Shown piece by piece: positions 36,996 to 46,875 of a stretch of DNA of 64,000 nucleotides. Every line of letters begins with the position of its first letter. The first letter of the stretch is position 1. The position numbers were made by a program, and so were the translations under genes. Source of the DNA: a virus (lineage: Duplodnaviria; Heunggongvirae; Uroviricota; Caudoviricetes); IMG/VR virus record IMGVR_UViG_3300024259_001450, positions 60,076-124,075 of that record. One strand, 5' to 3'. Under the pieces are notes generated by a model, which did not search any database, was not told the DNA's origin, and was given only the letters and a program-made list of their open reading frames with translations.

Positions 36996-38115
36996 ATACA
37001 TTCCATATGGTCGTCAGACTATTGAAGACGACGATATCAAAGCCGTAGTTAAAACTCTGAAATCAGATTTTATTACTACTGGTCCACAGATCGATTTATT
37101 CGAAAAGAAAATCACTAAATTCTGTGGGGCTAAATACGGCGTAGCGGTGTCTAGTGGGACTGCCGCATTACACGCCGCTATGTATGCTATAGGTATCGGT
37201 GAAGGTGACGAAGTGATCGTCCCTTCTATGACGTTCGCAGCAACAGCCAACGCAGTAGTGTTTCAGGGGGGCACACCTGTCTTCTGCGACGTTTCAGCGG
37301 AAACTATGCTTATTGATGTGGTCGCCGCTGAAAAGCTTATTACAAAAAAAACTAAGGCCATTATAGCGGTAGATTTTGCTGGTCAACCATGCAGATATAA
37401 CTTATTAAAACATTTAGCGTCTAAATATAATTTAATAATAATAGCTGATGCTTGTCATTCTATTGGAGCTATATACGACGAAGAAAAAGTTGGAAGTACA
37501 TTGGCCGATATAACTCTTTTCAGTTTCCACCCGGTGAAACATATCACTACAGGTGAAGGTGGGATGCTTGTAACTGATAAAGAAGAATTCTACCAACGAG
37601 CTAAAATATTCCGCAATCATGGAATAACCACTGATTATAAACAACGAGAGGAAAATGGTTCTTGGTTCTATGAAATGGTAGATTTGGGATACAATTATCG
37701 CATTACAGATATACAATGTGCTTTGGGCATAAGTCAATTGAAAAAACTTCCATCGTGGTTAAAACGAAGAAATGAAATAGCAAAAAAATACAATGATAGC
37801 ATTAGGAAAATTTTTGATATTGCACCATTGAAAGTCAGAGAAAATCTATATCACGCATATCATTTGTATGTTGTTAATTTTGAGTATGGAAAACAAAGAA
37901 ATGAGAAATTTAACTTCTTGAGAGAAAAGAACATAGGTGTAAATGTCCATTATATACCAGTTCATTTACATCCATTTTATCAAAATAATTTTAACACACA
38001 TGAGGGGTTGTGCCCTGTAGCAGAAATATTATATAAACATATTCTTTCGTTGCCCATATTTCCGACAATGACAGATGAGGACGTAGACTACGTAGTTGAA
38101 CAATTGCGGGAATAA
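36988..38115 (+). CDS. pseC: UDP-4-amino-4,6-dideoxy-N-acetyl-beta-L-altrosamine transaminase (DegT family)
   Basis: IPYGRQTI, SSGTAALH, ADACHSIG, FSFHPVKHITTGEGG, LGYNYRITDIQCALG, VNVHYIPVH. Confidence 0.9.
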   Translation: MSKYIPYGRQTIEDDDIKAVVKTLKSDFITTGPQIDLFEKKITKFCGAKYGVAVSSGTAALHAAMYAIGIGEGDEVIVPSMTFAATANAVVFQGGTPVFCDVSAETMLIDVVAAEKLITKKTKAIIAVDFAGQPCRYNLLKHLASKYNLIIIADACHSIGAIYDEEKVGSTLADITLFSFHPVKHITTGEGGMLVTDKEEFYQRAKIFRNHGITTDYKQREENGSWFYEMVDLGYNYRITDIQCALGISQLKKLPSWLKRRNEIAKKYNDSIRKIFDIAPLKVRENLYHAYHLYVVNFEYGKQRNEKFNFLREKNIGVNVHYIPVHLHPFYQNNFNTHEGLCPVAEILYKHILSLPIFPTMTDEDVDYVVEQLRE

Positions 38116-38118
38116 ATC

Positions 38119-39036
38119 ATGGAATATATATCATGGCGTGAAAATGAAATCCCCAGTATGGTTTTGGGGACTGCTCAATTGGGTTCTGATTATGGAATAG
38201 CCAACACCGATGGAATGCCATCCCCGAGATCGGCATATCAGATAGTAAAAACATCTATACAAAATGGAATTACTTGTTTCGATACTGCACAGGCTTATGG
38301 GGAGAGTGAACGAGTCTTAGGAGACGCTTTGAGCAGTTTTTTGCCATACCACGATATCAAAGTAATCTCTAAATTGTCTCCTGATTTGGACCCTCTTGAT
38401 AAAGACAAAATTAGTCAGTCGATAGAGCAATCATGTCAAAACCTTAAAACAAATATATGGGGATTGATGTTACACGATGACAGGTGGCTAGAAGTGTGGG
38501 ATAATGGATTGGGGAATGCGATTAACGAAGCCAAAGATAAGGGCATTGTAAAATACGTAGGAGTATCTGTGTATCAATGTGATATGGCTCAGAAAGCGAT
38601 CAGACTACCATATATAGATTTCATACAAGTTCCATGCAATGCGTGGGATCAACGCGTAATAAAATCGAAGGTATTGGATTTGGCACGAAAGCACGATAAG
38701 CTGTGTTTCGTTCGTAGCATTTATTTGCAGGGTTTACTATTGCTGTCTCAAGAGGACGTTCGTAACAAGGTTTCGATAGCCTCAGACGCAGCAAGACAGT
38801 GGGATATGTTGGTTAAAAAAATAGGTGTTAGTAAAAAAGAACTGTGTTTTTCTTTTGCATTATCATTGGGTTGTCCCATAGTTGTAGGTGTAGAAACTGA
38901 AGAACAGCTTGAAGACAATATTAAGATGTGTAAAGCCGATAAGTTAAGTAAGGGAATGATAGAATACATACGACACGAGATGTATCCTTGGCTTAGTTGC
39001 CATGTCTGGAATCCTAAATTTTGGAATAAAACATGA
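38119..39036 (+). CDS. aldo/keto reductase
   Basis: LGTAQLGSDYG, FDTAQAYGESE, MLH, GVSVY, QVPCN, VRSIYLQGLL. Confidence 0.9.
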   Translation: MEYISWRENEIPSMVLGTAQLGSDYGIANTDGMPSPRSAYQIVKTSIQNGITCFDTAQAYGESERVLGDALSSFLPYHDIKVISKLSPDLDPLDKDKISQSIEQSCQNLKTNIWGLMLHDDRWLEVWDNGLGNAINEAKDKGIVKYVGVSVYQCDMAQKAIRLPYIDFIQVPCNAWDQRVIKSKVLDLARKHDKLCFVRSIYLQGLLLLSQEDVRNKVSIASDAARQWDMLVKKIGVSKKELCFSFALSLGCPIVVGVETEEQLEDNIKMCKADKLSKGMIEYIRHEMYPWLSCHVWNPKFWNKT

Positions 39037-39815
39037 AAAAACAAAATATTTTAGCTGTTATCAGGGCACGTATGGGATCGACTCGTTTGCCGAAAAAAAT
39101 GTTATTAGAGATTATAGACGGCAAATCTTCATTAGAGTTGATGGTCGAAAGAGTGATGAGTTGCAAGTCAATTGGCAAGGTTGTTGTGGCGACGACAACT
39201 AATCGTGAAGACAAGGCAATTGTAGATTTATGTAAGAAAATAGGTGTTAATTCTTTTCGTGGAAGTGAAGAAGACGTACTTGATCGTTGCTTCCAAGCAA
39301 CCTTGGAAAACACACCAGCAGACGCAGTTGTAATTTTAACTGGCGATTGTACTTTGTTTGACCACAAAGTAGCTGACAGAGTTATACAATATTTCTTAGA
39401 CAATGAGGGTTTGGATTACGTTGCGAACAATAATATCCCAACAACATACCCGGATGGTATGGACGTAGAAATTTGTTCGTATCATACATTGCAAACCATA
39501 TGGATGTCAGCAGAAACAGATGCAGAGAAAGAACATATTACTTTTTATTTGCAACAAAATAAAGATGACTTTAAAACTAAAAATTTAGAATACAAAGAAG
39601 ACTTATCTGACAAAGGCTGGTGTTTAGATACTAAAGAAGATTTGGAATTTATTAGGCGGATATATAAAGAACTGTATCACGATAATCTTGACTTCGGCAT
39701 GAAAGAGATTTTGGATTTGTTGGATAGAAAACCTGAAATTGAGAAGATCAATGGTGGAATGCCTCGTAATGAATGGAGAGACAAATCCATTGAAGAAGAT
39801 AAGGACTGGTTATAA
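39033..39815 (+). CDS. SpsF-like cytidylyltransferase
   Basis: IRARMGSTRLPKK, VVATT, RGSEEDVLDR, TGDC, YPDGMDVE, EHIT, LDTKEDL. Confidence 0.8.
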   Translation: MKKQNILAVIRARMGSTRLPKKMLLEIIDGKSSLELMVERVMSCKSIGKVVVATTTNREDKAIVDLCKKIGVNSFRGSEEDVLDRCFQATLENTPADAVVILTGDCTLFDHKVADRVIQYFLDNEGLDYVANNNIPTTYPDGMDVEICSYHTLQTIWMSAETDAEKEHITFYLQQNKDDFKTKNLEYKEDLSDKGWCLDTKEDLEFIRRIYKELYHDNLDFGMKEILDLLDRKPEIEKINGGMPRNEWRDKSIEEDKDWL

Positions 39816-41119
39816 TGGGAAAATCTCAAAAACTTTATCAAAAGGCCAAGAAAATAATACCAGGCGGAACACAATTGCTTACTAAGCGGCCAGAAATGCT
39901 CTTGCCAGATTTGTGGCCCGCATATTACAAAAAGGCAAAAGGGTGTGAAGTCTGGGATTTAGACAATAATCATTATTATGACATGAGTTATATGGGGATC
40001 GGTTCGTGTATTTTAGGGTATGCAAATGACGTTGTAGATAAAGCCGTTAAGAATGCTATTCGTAATGGTTCCATGTGTACACTTAATTGCCCAGAAGAAG
40101 TTAAGTTGGCTGAAAAATTGTGTGACATTCATCCTTGGGCATCAAAAGTAAGATATGCACGTACAGGTGGAGAAGCGATGTCTATCGCGGTTAGAATCGC
40201 AAGAGCATATACAGACAAAGACATTATACTTTTTTGCGGGTATCACGGGTGGCATGATTGGTATTTGTCGGCTACATTATCTGGTAATTCATCATTAGAT
40301 TGGCATCTTTTGCCTGATTTGGAACCTAGAGGAATACCAGAATCTCTGATGAAAACGGCAATACCATTTAAATACAATGATATGCAATCTTTTTTGGATT
40401 CATACAAAAAGTATAAAGGCAGAATAGCAGCAGTTGTAATGGAACCGATGAGGGCAAGTTTTCCAAAAGATAATTTTTTAATTGGCATTAGAGAAGTTAC
40501 TCAACGAGACAATATAGTTTTAGTGTTTGATGAAATAACTTCTGGTTGGCGAAGTTCCATTGGTGGCATTCATAAAAAACTCAATGTTTGCCCTGATATT
40601 GCTGTCTTTGCTAAGGCTATGAGTAATGGGTATCCAATGGCTGCTATCATTGGGAATAAGGTTATGAATGCGGCTCAAGATACTTTTATCAGTAGTACAT
40701 ATTGGACTGAGAGAATTGGTCCTGTTGCGGCATTAGCTACCATAGGTTTGCTTGAGGAGTACGAAAAAAAAGGTATTGCAGGAAAACCTGGAGCGGTTGG
40801 TCGAGTAATTATGAGGGGTTGGCAACAAGCTGCTGAAAAGTACAATATTGCCATTAAGATTGACGGCATCGGTCCTTTGTGTCATTTTAGTTTTGATGAT
40901 TTGCACATGATTCGCAAAACATTATTTACACAATGCTTATTGGAAGATGGATTCTTGGCTACTACTGCTTTTTATGGATCATATGGTCACAGCATGGGTA
41001 TAGCACAAAAATATTTAGACTCTGTTGATAAGGCTTTCAAAGTTATTAAAGAAACGGATGATCCTTTGAAGTTATTAAAAGGGCCGGTATGTCACGACGG
41101 TTTAAGGAGATTAACTTAA
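39815..41119 (+). CDS. class III PLP aminotransferase (GSA aminomutase-like)
   Basis: IPGGTQLLTKR, RTGGEAM, GYHGWHDW, FDEITSGWR, FAKAMSNGYP (PLP Lys), STYW. Confidence 0.9.
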   Translation: MGKSQKLYQKAKKIIPGGTQLLTKRPEMLLPDLWPAYYKKAKGCEVWDLDNNHYYDMSYMGIGSCILGYANDVVDKAVKNAIRNGSMCTLNCPEEVKLAEKLCDIHPWASKVRYARTGGEAMSIAVRIARAYTDKDIILFCGYHGWHDWYLSATLSGNSSLDWHLLPDLEPRGIPESLMKTAIPFKYNDMQSFLDSYKKYKGRIAAVVMEPMRASFPKDNFLIGIREVTQRDNIVLVFDEITSGWRSSIGGIHKKLNVCPDIAVFAKAMSNGYPMAAIIGNKVMNAAQDTFISSTYWTERIGPVAALATIGLLEEYEKKGIAGKPGAVGRVIMRGWQQAAEKYNIAIKIDGIGPLCHFSFDDLHMIRKTLFTQCLLEDGFLATTAFYGSYGHSMGIAQKYLDSVDKAFKVIKETDDPLKLLKGPVCHDGLRRLT

Positions 41120-41123
41120 AATA

Positions 41124-42128
41124 ATGATACGCAAAATAGCAATTTTAACAGAGGGCGGCTCAGACAAAGGCTTTGGACATATAACTAGATGTTTGGCTCT
41201 ATCTCAATATAAAGACTTTATGCCATTAATACTAATCCGTGGCGACAAGAATAACAATATGTGGTCGTTTATACAACACAATCCATGTATTTTCATGGAC
41301 TGGATAAATGACCCTAAAGTAGAATTGATATTAAATACAGTAGATAAATTCGATGCTATTTTTATAGATTCTTATTTCACCACACCTGATTTTTATGAGA
41401 GGATAAAACACAAGGCAAAAGTTTTGGTTTGTCTTGATGACACAGAGCGTATTGAATATCCTGATAACACAGTGATATGGAATGGTGGCATTTCTGCAAA
41501 AGAGATGTATTATCCAAGAAGCAATAAAAAGAAATACTTGTTGGGAAGTGATTTCGCTCCTATGAGAAAAGATTTTTGGGAAGTTCCTCCATTTATAGTA
41601 AAAGATGAAATAAGAAACGTATTGATCACTTGTGGAGGGATGAGTCATTTTTACTTTATATCTCAATTGGTAGAGAGGTTGAAAAAAACTTTTCCAGATT
41701 TAAACTGTCATGTTGTTATCCCAGCGAGTGATAAAGATTTATATGATAATGTAGACGAACTAGATGACGTAACTTTGTATTGCGAATTGACCGCTAAAGA
41801 CATCAAGAAGTTAATGTATGATAGCGATGTGTGTATTTCTGGTGGTGGTCAAACGTTGTATGAATTGGCCAGAGTGGGTATTCCCACTATCGGTATCTGT
41901 TTGGCGGATAATCAGATTCCCAACTTGAAAGGCTGGACGAAATGCGGTTTCTTAGAGTACGCTGGTCGTTATGTGGATGCTAAAATATTAGAACAGATAG
42001 AATCAGCAATGAAGAATTTGGTCGCCCCAGCGACGAGACAAGAGAGAATGGAAATCGCTAGAGAGATCATAGACGGAAGAGGAATTCAGCGTGTAGGAGA
42101 GAGAGTTGTGGAGATAATGGATGGATAA
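41124..42128 (+). CDS. pseG: UDP-2,4-diacetamido-2,4,6-trideoxy-beta-L-altropyranose hydrolase-like (PseG/SpsG)
   Basis: GFGHITRCLAL, IDSY, LLGSDF, LITCGG, ISGGGQTLYEL, ADNQ. Confidence 0.8.
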   Translation: MIRKIAILTEGGSDKGFGHITRCLALSQYKDFMPLILIRGDKNNNMWSFIQHNPCIFMDWINDPKVELILNTVDKFDAIFIDSYFTTPDFYERIKHKAKVLVCLDDTERIEYPDNTVIWNGGISAKEMYYPRSNKKKYLLGSDFAPMRKDFWEVPPFIVKDEIRNVLITCGGMSHFYFISQLVERLKKTFPDLNCHVVIPASDKDLYDNVDELDDVTLYCELTAKDIKKLMYDSDVCISGGGQTLYELARVGIPTIGICLADNQIPNLKGWTKCGFLEYAGRYVDAKILEQIESAMKNLVAPATRQERMEIAREIIDGRGIQRVGERVVEIMDG

Positions 42129-42819
42129 CAATAGAATGCTTTTTGTCACGATTAAAGATTGGAATATTCGTGAATTTAATTATTTTAAAGCTGATCATCA
42201 TGAATTTGAATGTCAAATCATTTCTGATCCCAAAGAGTTTACTTTGAAAGCTGTAGAAGATTTTGATCCTCGTTACATATTTGTCCCCCATTGGTCATGG
42301 ATGATACCAGAAGAGATATGGAGCAAATATGAATGTGTGGTTTTCCACGCAACAGATTTGCCATTTGGACGAGGGGGAAGTCCCATACAAAATTTAATTT
42401 CCAGGGGAATCAAAGAAACGAAAATTTCTGCATTGAGAGTGGACGACGGAATTGATACTGGTCCGATTTATATGAAACGCGATTTAAAATTAGATGGTTC
42501 TGCAAAAGATATTTTTCATAATGCGGCTCATAAAATTTTCAGATATATGATACCTGCTATTATCGAACAACAGATGGAACCTATTCCGCAGAAAGGTATT
42601 GTATTTAATTTCAACCGCCGGACTCCGGAGCAAGGTTCGATAAAGGATTTGACTGATATTTCACAAGTATATGACTATATCAGAATGCTTGATGCTGAAG
42701 GGTATCCCAACGCTTTTTTGGAGACAGATAATTTTGTTATAGAGTTTTCTTGCGCCCACAAAATTCAACAAAAAATCTTTGCGAATGTTACCATCAAAAA
42801 GAAGGAGAATAAGTCATGA
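42121..42819 (+). CDS. sugar-nucleotide N-formyltransferase (Fmt-like)
   Basis: PHWSW, VFHATDLPFGRGGSPIQNLI, DDGIDTGPI, RMLDAEGYPNAF. Confidence 0.9.
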   Translation: MDNNRMLFVTIKDWNIREFNYFKADHHEFECQIISDPKEFTLKAVEDFDPRYIFVPHWSWMIPEEIWSKYECVVFHATDLPFGRGGSPIQNLISRGIKETKISALRVDDGIDTGPIYMKRDLKLDGSAKDIFHNAAHKIFRYMIPAIIEQQMEPIPQKGIVFNFNRRTPEQGSIKDLTDISQVYDYIRMLDAEGYPNAFLETDNFVIEFSCAHKIQQKIFANVTIKKKENKS

Positions 42820-43481
42820 AGAAAAAGAAAATTTTAGTTGTTGCCGCTCATCCTGATGATGAAGTTTTAGGTTGCGGCGGGACTATGGCGAAGTTTGCAA
42901 ATCAAGGTCATGAGGTACGGATATTGCTATTAGGCAGTGGTAGAGCAGACCCATCTTCGCCCCAAGAGAGGCAGAAGATACTCAGACAAAGTGATTCGGC
43001 CAATTTTACATTGTTAGGGTTTAGGGAAAGAGTCGCTATGTATCAATTTCCAGATAATGCATTTGATTCAGTTAAGTTATTAGATATTGTGCATGTCATT
43101 GAAAAACAAAAAGAATTGTTTCAACCAGACAGTATCTTTACACACTCTATACATGATTTGAATATTGATCATAGAATTACCTATCAAGCTGTTATTACTG
43201 CCACAAGACCGATGAAGGGTGAATGCGTTAGGGATATTTTTTCATTTGAAGTTCTTTCTTCTACAGAGTGGAATTATCCTACTCGATTTAGCCCAAATTT
43301 TTTTATGGATATTTCTGAGACAATAAATACTAAATTACAAGCAATCCAATGTTATAAAGGAGAATTGAAAAAGTTTCCACATCCACGCTCATTAAAAGGG
43401 ATTCGTTTGAATAGTGAATACTGGGGAATGAAGGTCGGATATGAAAACGCAGAGGCGTTTGAATTAATAAGGGCATTTTAG
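42816..43481 (+). CDS. PIG-L/LmbE family N-acetyl deacetylase
   Basis: VAAHPDDEVLGCGGT, DLNIDH, HPRS, AEAF. Confidence 0.9.
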   Translation: MKKKKILVVAAHPDDEVLGCGGTMAKFANQGHEVRILLLGSGRADPSSPQERQKILRQSDSANFTLLGFRERVAMYQFPDNAFDSVKLLDIVHVIEKQKELFQPDSIFTHSIHDLNIDHRITYQAVITATRPMKGECVRDIFSFEVLSSTEWNYPTRFSPNFFMDISETINTKLQAIQCYKGELKKFPHPRSLKGIRLNSEYWGMKVGYENAEAFELIRAF

Positions 43482-43482
43482 A

Positions 43483-44088
43483 ATGAAAGTTTTATTTTTA
43501 ACCAACAATAAAAACACCGCACCACTTGTGAAATTTCTTAGAAAAAAAGCCGAAGAAGAAGTCGTTGTGTGTGCAAATCCAGTTAGTGGAGGAACACTTG
43601 AGGATATATCTCCTGATATAGTAATAAGTTATAACTATAAACATATTATTAGGCAGGAGGCAATCGATGCTATGTCTGGTCGAATAATTAATTTGCACAT
43701 ATCTTATTTGCCCATGAATCGTGGTTACGATCCCAATTTTTGGAGTTTCATGAACAATACCAAAAAAGGTTTTACGGTGCATCTTGTTGACGCGGGAATT
43801 AACACTGGCGATGTGTTAATGCAACACGATTTAAGATTCAATGAAAAAGAAGAAACGTTGATGACCTCTTATAAGCAATTACATAAAGCAATGCTTAAGT
43901 CATTCGCTTTCAATTGGAAACGTATTAGAGGTTTCGATTTAATAGCACTTCCACAGCGTGGTCCTTCTAGTCTCCATTACAACACAGCATTGTTAAAAGT
44001 GAAAGAACATTTTGGCAATGAGTTATGGACAACGCCAATTTCGGAATTGAAGAAACAGATTATTGAGTTAAAACTTTTGGAGAGTTAA
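43483..44088 (+). CDS. formyltransferase (second copy)
   Basis: SYNY.HII, INLHISYLPMNRGYDPNFWS, TVHLVDAGINTGD. Confidence 0.9.
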   Translation: MKVLFLTNNKNTAPLVKFLRKKAEEEVVVCANPVSGGTLEDISPDIVISYNYKHIIRQEAIDAMSGRIINLHISYLPMNRGYDPNFWSFMNNTKKGFTVHLVDAGINTGDVLMQHDLRFNEKEETLMTSYKQLHKAMLKSFAFNWKRIRGFDLIALPQRGPSSLHYNTALLKVKEHFGNELWTTPISELKKQIIELKLLES

Positions 44089-44089
44089 A

Positions 44090-45118
44090 ATGTTTAAAGA
44101 AATGGAAGACGTATTTACAATAGCTGAGATATCCTGTAATCATGGTGGAGATTTTACTGCCGCTGTTAATCTTATACGTCGTGCGGCAGAATCAGGTGCT
44201 AGTGCTGTTAAGTTTCAAGCATATACACCGAAAACGATGACTATAAATTGTACCAATAGACATTTTATGATTCAACATCCTGAGTGGGGTGGGCAAACAT
44301 TATATGAATTATATCAAAAAGCCCGCACACCGTGGGATTGGTTTCCTGCTTTAAAAAAAGAGGCAGAATCAAAAGGTTTGATTTTTCTCTGTACGTCTTT
44401 TGACACAACCAGTGTAGACATGTTAGAAGAACTAGGGGTTTGTGCCCATAAGATTGCTTCTTTTGAGTTGATTGATAATGAATTGATTATACACGCAGCG
44501 GTAACAGGAAAACCATTGATTTTATCAACAGGCATGGCAACTCTTTCTGAAATAGATTTTGCGGTGAGAACGGCCCGAGCGGCTGGTACAACTGATTTAT
44601 TATTGCTTAGATGTGTTTCTAGTTATCCAGCAAAACCACAAGATATGGATTTGAATACTCTAATGGATATGAAAAAACAATATGGATGTCCTGTAGGAGT
44701 ATCTGATCACACTCTAGGCAATGAAGTGGCAATTGCATCTGTGGCATTGGGCGGCATTGTAGTAGAAAAACATTTTATTAATTCAAGGGAATTTAAGTCA
44801 TATGATAATTTTTTCTCAACTGAACCTTCTGAGTTCGCCGATATGGTGAATAGTGTTAAAATTACGAAGGAAGCTATTGGAGAAGTGAGGTACGGTCCTA
44901 CAGAAGAAGAAAAAAAGAATAGGATTTTTCGCCGATCACTCTTTGTAGTTAAGAATGTGAAAAAAGGTGATAAATTTACTAGAGAAAATGTTAGATCGAT
45001 TAGACCATCTGGCGGTTTGGCTCCTGTGTTTTTGAATTCTGTAGATATTTTAGGTTCAAAAGCCACGATGGATATTCAGCGAGGCACTCCTTTGGATTGG
45101 GATATGATTGACAATTAA
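44090..45118 (+). CDS. pseI: pseudaminic acid synthase (NeuB family with SAF domain)
   Basis: IAEISCNHGG, AVKFQAYTP, TPWDW, KIASFE, CVSSYP, GVSDHTLG, EKHF, RRSL, RSIRPSGGL. Confidence 0.9.
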   Translation: MFKEMEDVFTIAEISCNHGGDFTAAVNLIRRAAESGASAVKFQAYTPKTMTINCTNRHFMIQHPEWGGQTLYELYQKARTPWDWFPALKKEAESKGLIFLCTSFDTTSVDMLEELGVCAHKIASFELIDNELIIHAAVTGKPLILSTGMATLSEIDFAVRTARAAGTTDLLLLRCVSSYPAKPQDMDLNTLMDMKKQYGCPVGVSDHTLGNEVAIASVALGGIVVEKHFINSREFKSYDNFFSTEPSEFADMVNSVKITKEAIGEVRYGPTEEEKKNRIFRRSLFVVKNVKKGDKFTRENVRSIRPSGGLAPVFLNSVDILGSKATMDIQRGTPLDWDMIDN

Positions 45119-45133
45119 TTACAAGGATACAAT

Positions 45134-46873
45134 ATGCAAAAATTATTTACACAAAAGATGGCAGATTTAGAAAAGAAATCAGATAGATATAAGAAAAAGA
45201 CCAAAAAAAGGTCTATACATACTCGCCTTAAAAAAGGGGCAAATAAAGATCATCCAGATGGCGATACAGTTTTATTTTGGAGGGGAAAAGGAAGCAGTGA
45301 AAGCCCATTAGAATGTGAAGTAAATTTTGCTAGATTTTTAGAGTCAAAAGGTTTGAGAAGCGAATTCGTTTTTTGTGACGGTGTTTTGTCTGGTTGTATC
45401 AACATGAATGTATTTACAGACAAAAAACAACTTACGGATGAAAACAAAAACATACCATTTGAATCATGGCAAGATCATTGTGCTGCTTGTTATGGGACTG
45501 GTAAAACTTTGCTTAAAGCGAGTGGTATGCCATACCATCAAATGAGTAAATGGATTTCGGATGAAGAAGAAGCACAAATCCGTGATCTGGCGGATTCAAT
45601 CTGTTTGACAGAGATGGAAGATTTCAACGTCGATGGAGTTCCTGTCGGAGACATAGCGTTGACAGGCGTATTAAGATATTTTCGTTCACAACATACTGGT
45701 CGTAATTTAGATACTGATGATGTCGATCCTTATCTCGAAAAAGCAATGAGAGAATATTTTTATAGTGCCTTGATAGGTAATATCGCTGCAAAGAAAGCAA
45801 TTCAAGAAATAAAACCAAAATATATATTCTTGATTCGTGGCACTTATCCGCTATTCGGACCAGTAGTTTATCATGGTGTTAAGAATGATATCCCTGTAAT
45901 GGTATGGACTTACGCTTACAGTCCAGAAACGGTTTTTGTGAGAATGCATACTCCTGATGATGCCTTTATGCAATGTCAATCTCCGCAAAAAAAACATTGG
46001 GACATGATAAAACAAAAAGAGTTGACAAAAAAAGAACAAACCCATCTAAATGCTTTTATGACAAATAGAATCAACAAATTAAGTAAAAGTCCGTGGTTTT
46101 ATGATAGCGATGCATCGTTCGGAAAAGATTTTGCCTCGCCAAACTCGATAAGAAAAGAATTGAATATCCCAAATGATAAAAAAGTATGGATGATAGGCGC
46201 TCAAACAAATTGGGATTGGGATAGTTTTCTAGAAGAAGTAGCCATATTTCGTGACCCAGTGCAATGGCTTATTAAAACATTTGAAATAGTGATAAAGAAT
46301 AAAGATGTTTTTTGGATTTTCAGACCTCACCCGGCAGAGATACCAACAAATACTGCGAGATTAAGTAAAGATATTGTCGCTGACATTATAGGTGAGTTGC
46401 CTGATAATGTTAAAATACTTACCTCTGAAAATAGCGATTTAAATACTTATTCTCTCTTCCCTCTGATCGACGGAGCGGTTACGATGTGTAGCACCGTTGG
46501 CCTTGAATTGTCTTTGTATGGAAAGCCGGTTGTTATCGGTGGTGACGCGTTCTATGGTCATAGGGGATTTACATACAACCCAGAAACGTTGAAAGAATAT
46601 GAAGAGACTTTAATGAACGTTCAAAATATAGAACTTCTTTCTACAGAACAAATAAAATTGGCAGAACGTTATGTGTATGATTTTTGGCTATGTAGACAAA
46701 TTCCGTTCAGAAAGAAGAAAAATAATAGATTTATCAAAAACAATCCAATCTTCGAAAATATTTATCAAGGAATGGTAAATTCAGAACAAATAAGATATGA
46801 TCCTCCTTTTGATGACGTAGATAATCCTGATAAATACGATTGGAAAAATAGGTTAGAGAACATGTGGAGATAG
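45134..46873 (+). CDS. capsule polysaccharide synthesis (KpsS/KpsC-like) protein; candidate ulosonate transferase
   Basis: WIFRPHPAE, NTYSL, VTMCSTVGLELSLYGKPVVIGGDAFY, typical of the Capsule_synth family. Confidence 0.7.
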   Translation: MQKLFTQKMADLEKKSDRYKKKTKKRSIHTRLKKGANKDHPDGDTVLFWRGKGSSESPLECEVNFARFLESKGLRSEFVFCDGVLSGCINMNVFTDKKQLTDENKNIPFESWQDHCAACYGTGKTLLKASGMPYHQMSKWISDEEEAQIRDLADSICLTEMEDFNVDGVPVGDIALTGVLRYFRSQHTGRNLDTDDVDPYLEKAMREYFYSALIGNIAAKKAIQEIKPKYIFLIRGTYPLFGPVVYHGVKNDIPVMVWTYAYSPETVFVRMHTPDDAFMQCQSPQKKHWDMIKQKELTKKEQTHLNAFMTNRINKLSKSPWFYDSDASFGKDFASPNSIRKELNIPNDKKVWMIGAQTNWDWDSFLEEVAIFRDPVQWLIKTFEIVIKNKDVFWIFRPHPAEIPTNTARLSKDIVADIIGELPDNVKILTSENSDLNTYSLFPLIDGAVTMCSTVGLELSLYGKPVVIGGDAFYGHRGFTYNPETLKEYEETLMNVQNIELLSTEQIKLAERYVYDFWLCRQIPFRKKKNNRFIKNNPIFENIYQGMVNSEQIRYDPPFDDVDNPDKYDWKNRLENMWR

Positions 46874-46875
46874 TA

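Noticed and set aside
39815-41119. hemL (tetrapyrrole synthesis)
   Set aside because: No other hem genes. The GGTQLLTKRP N-terminus and the position inside the pse block fit sugar-pathway class III aminotransferases.
42121-44088. fmt or purN housekeeping formyltransferases
   Set aside because: Both are short, lack the Fmt tRNA-binding C-domain context and are translationally coupled within the pse operon.
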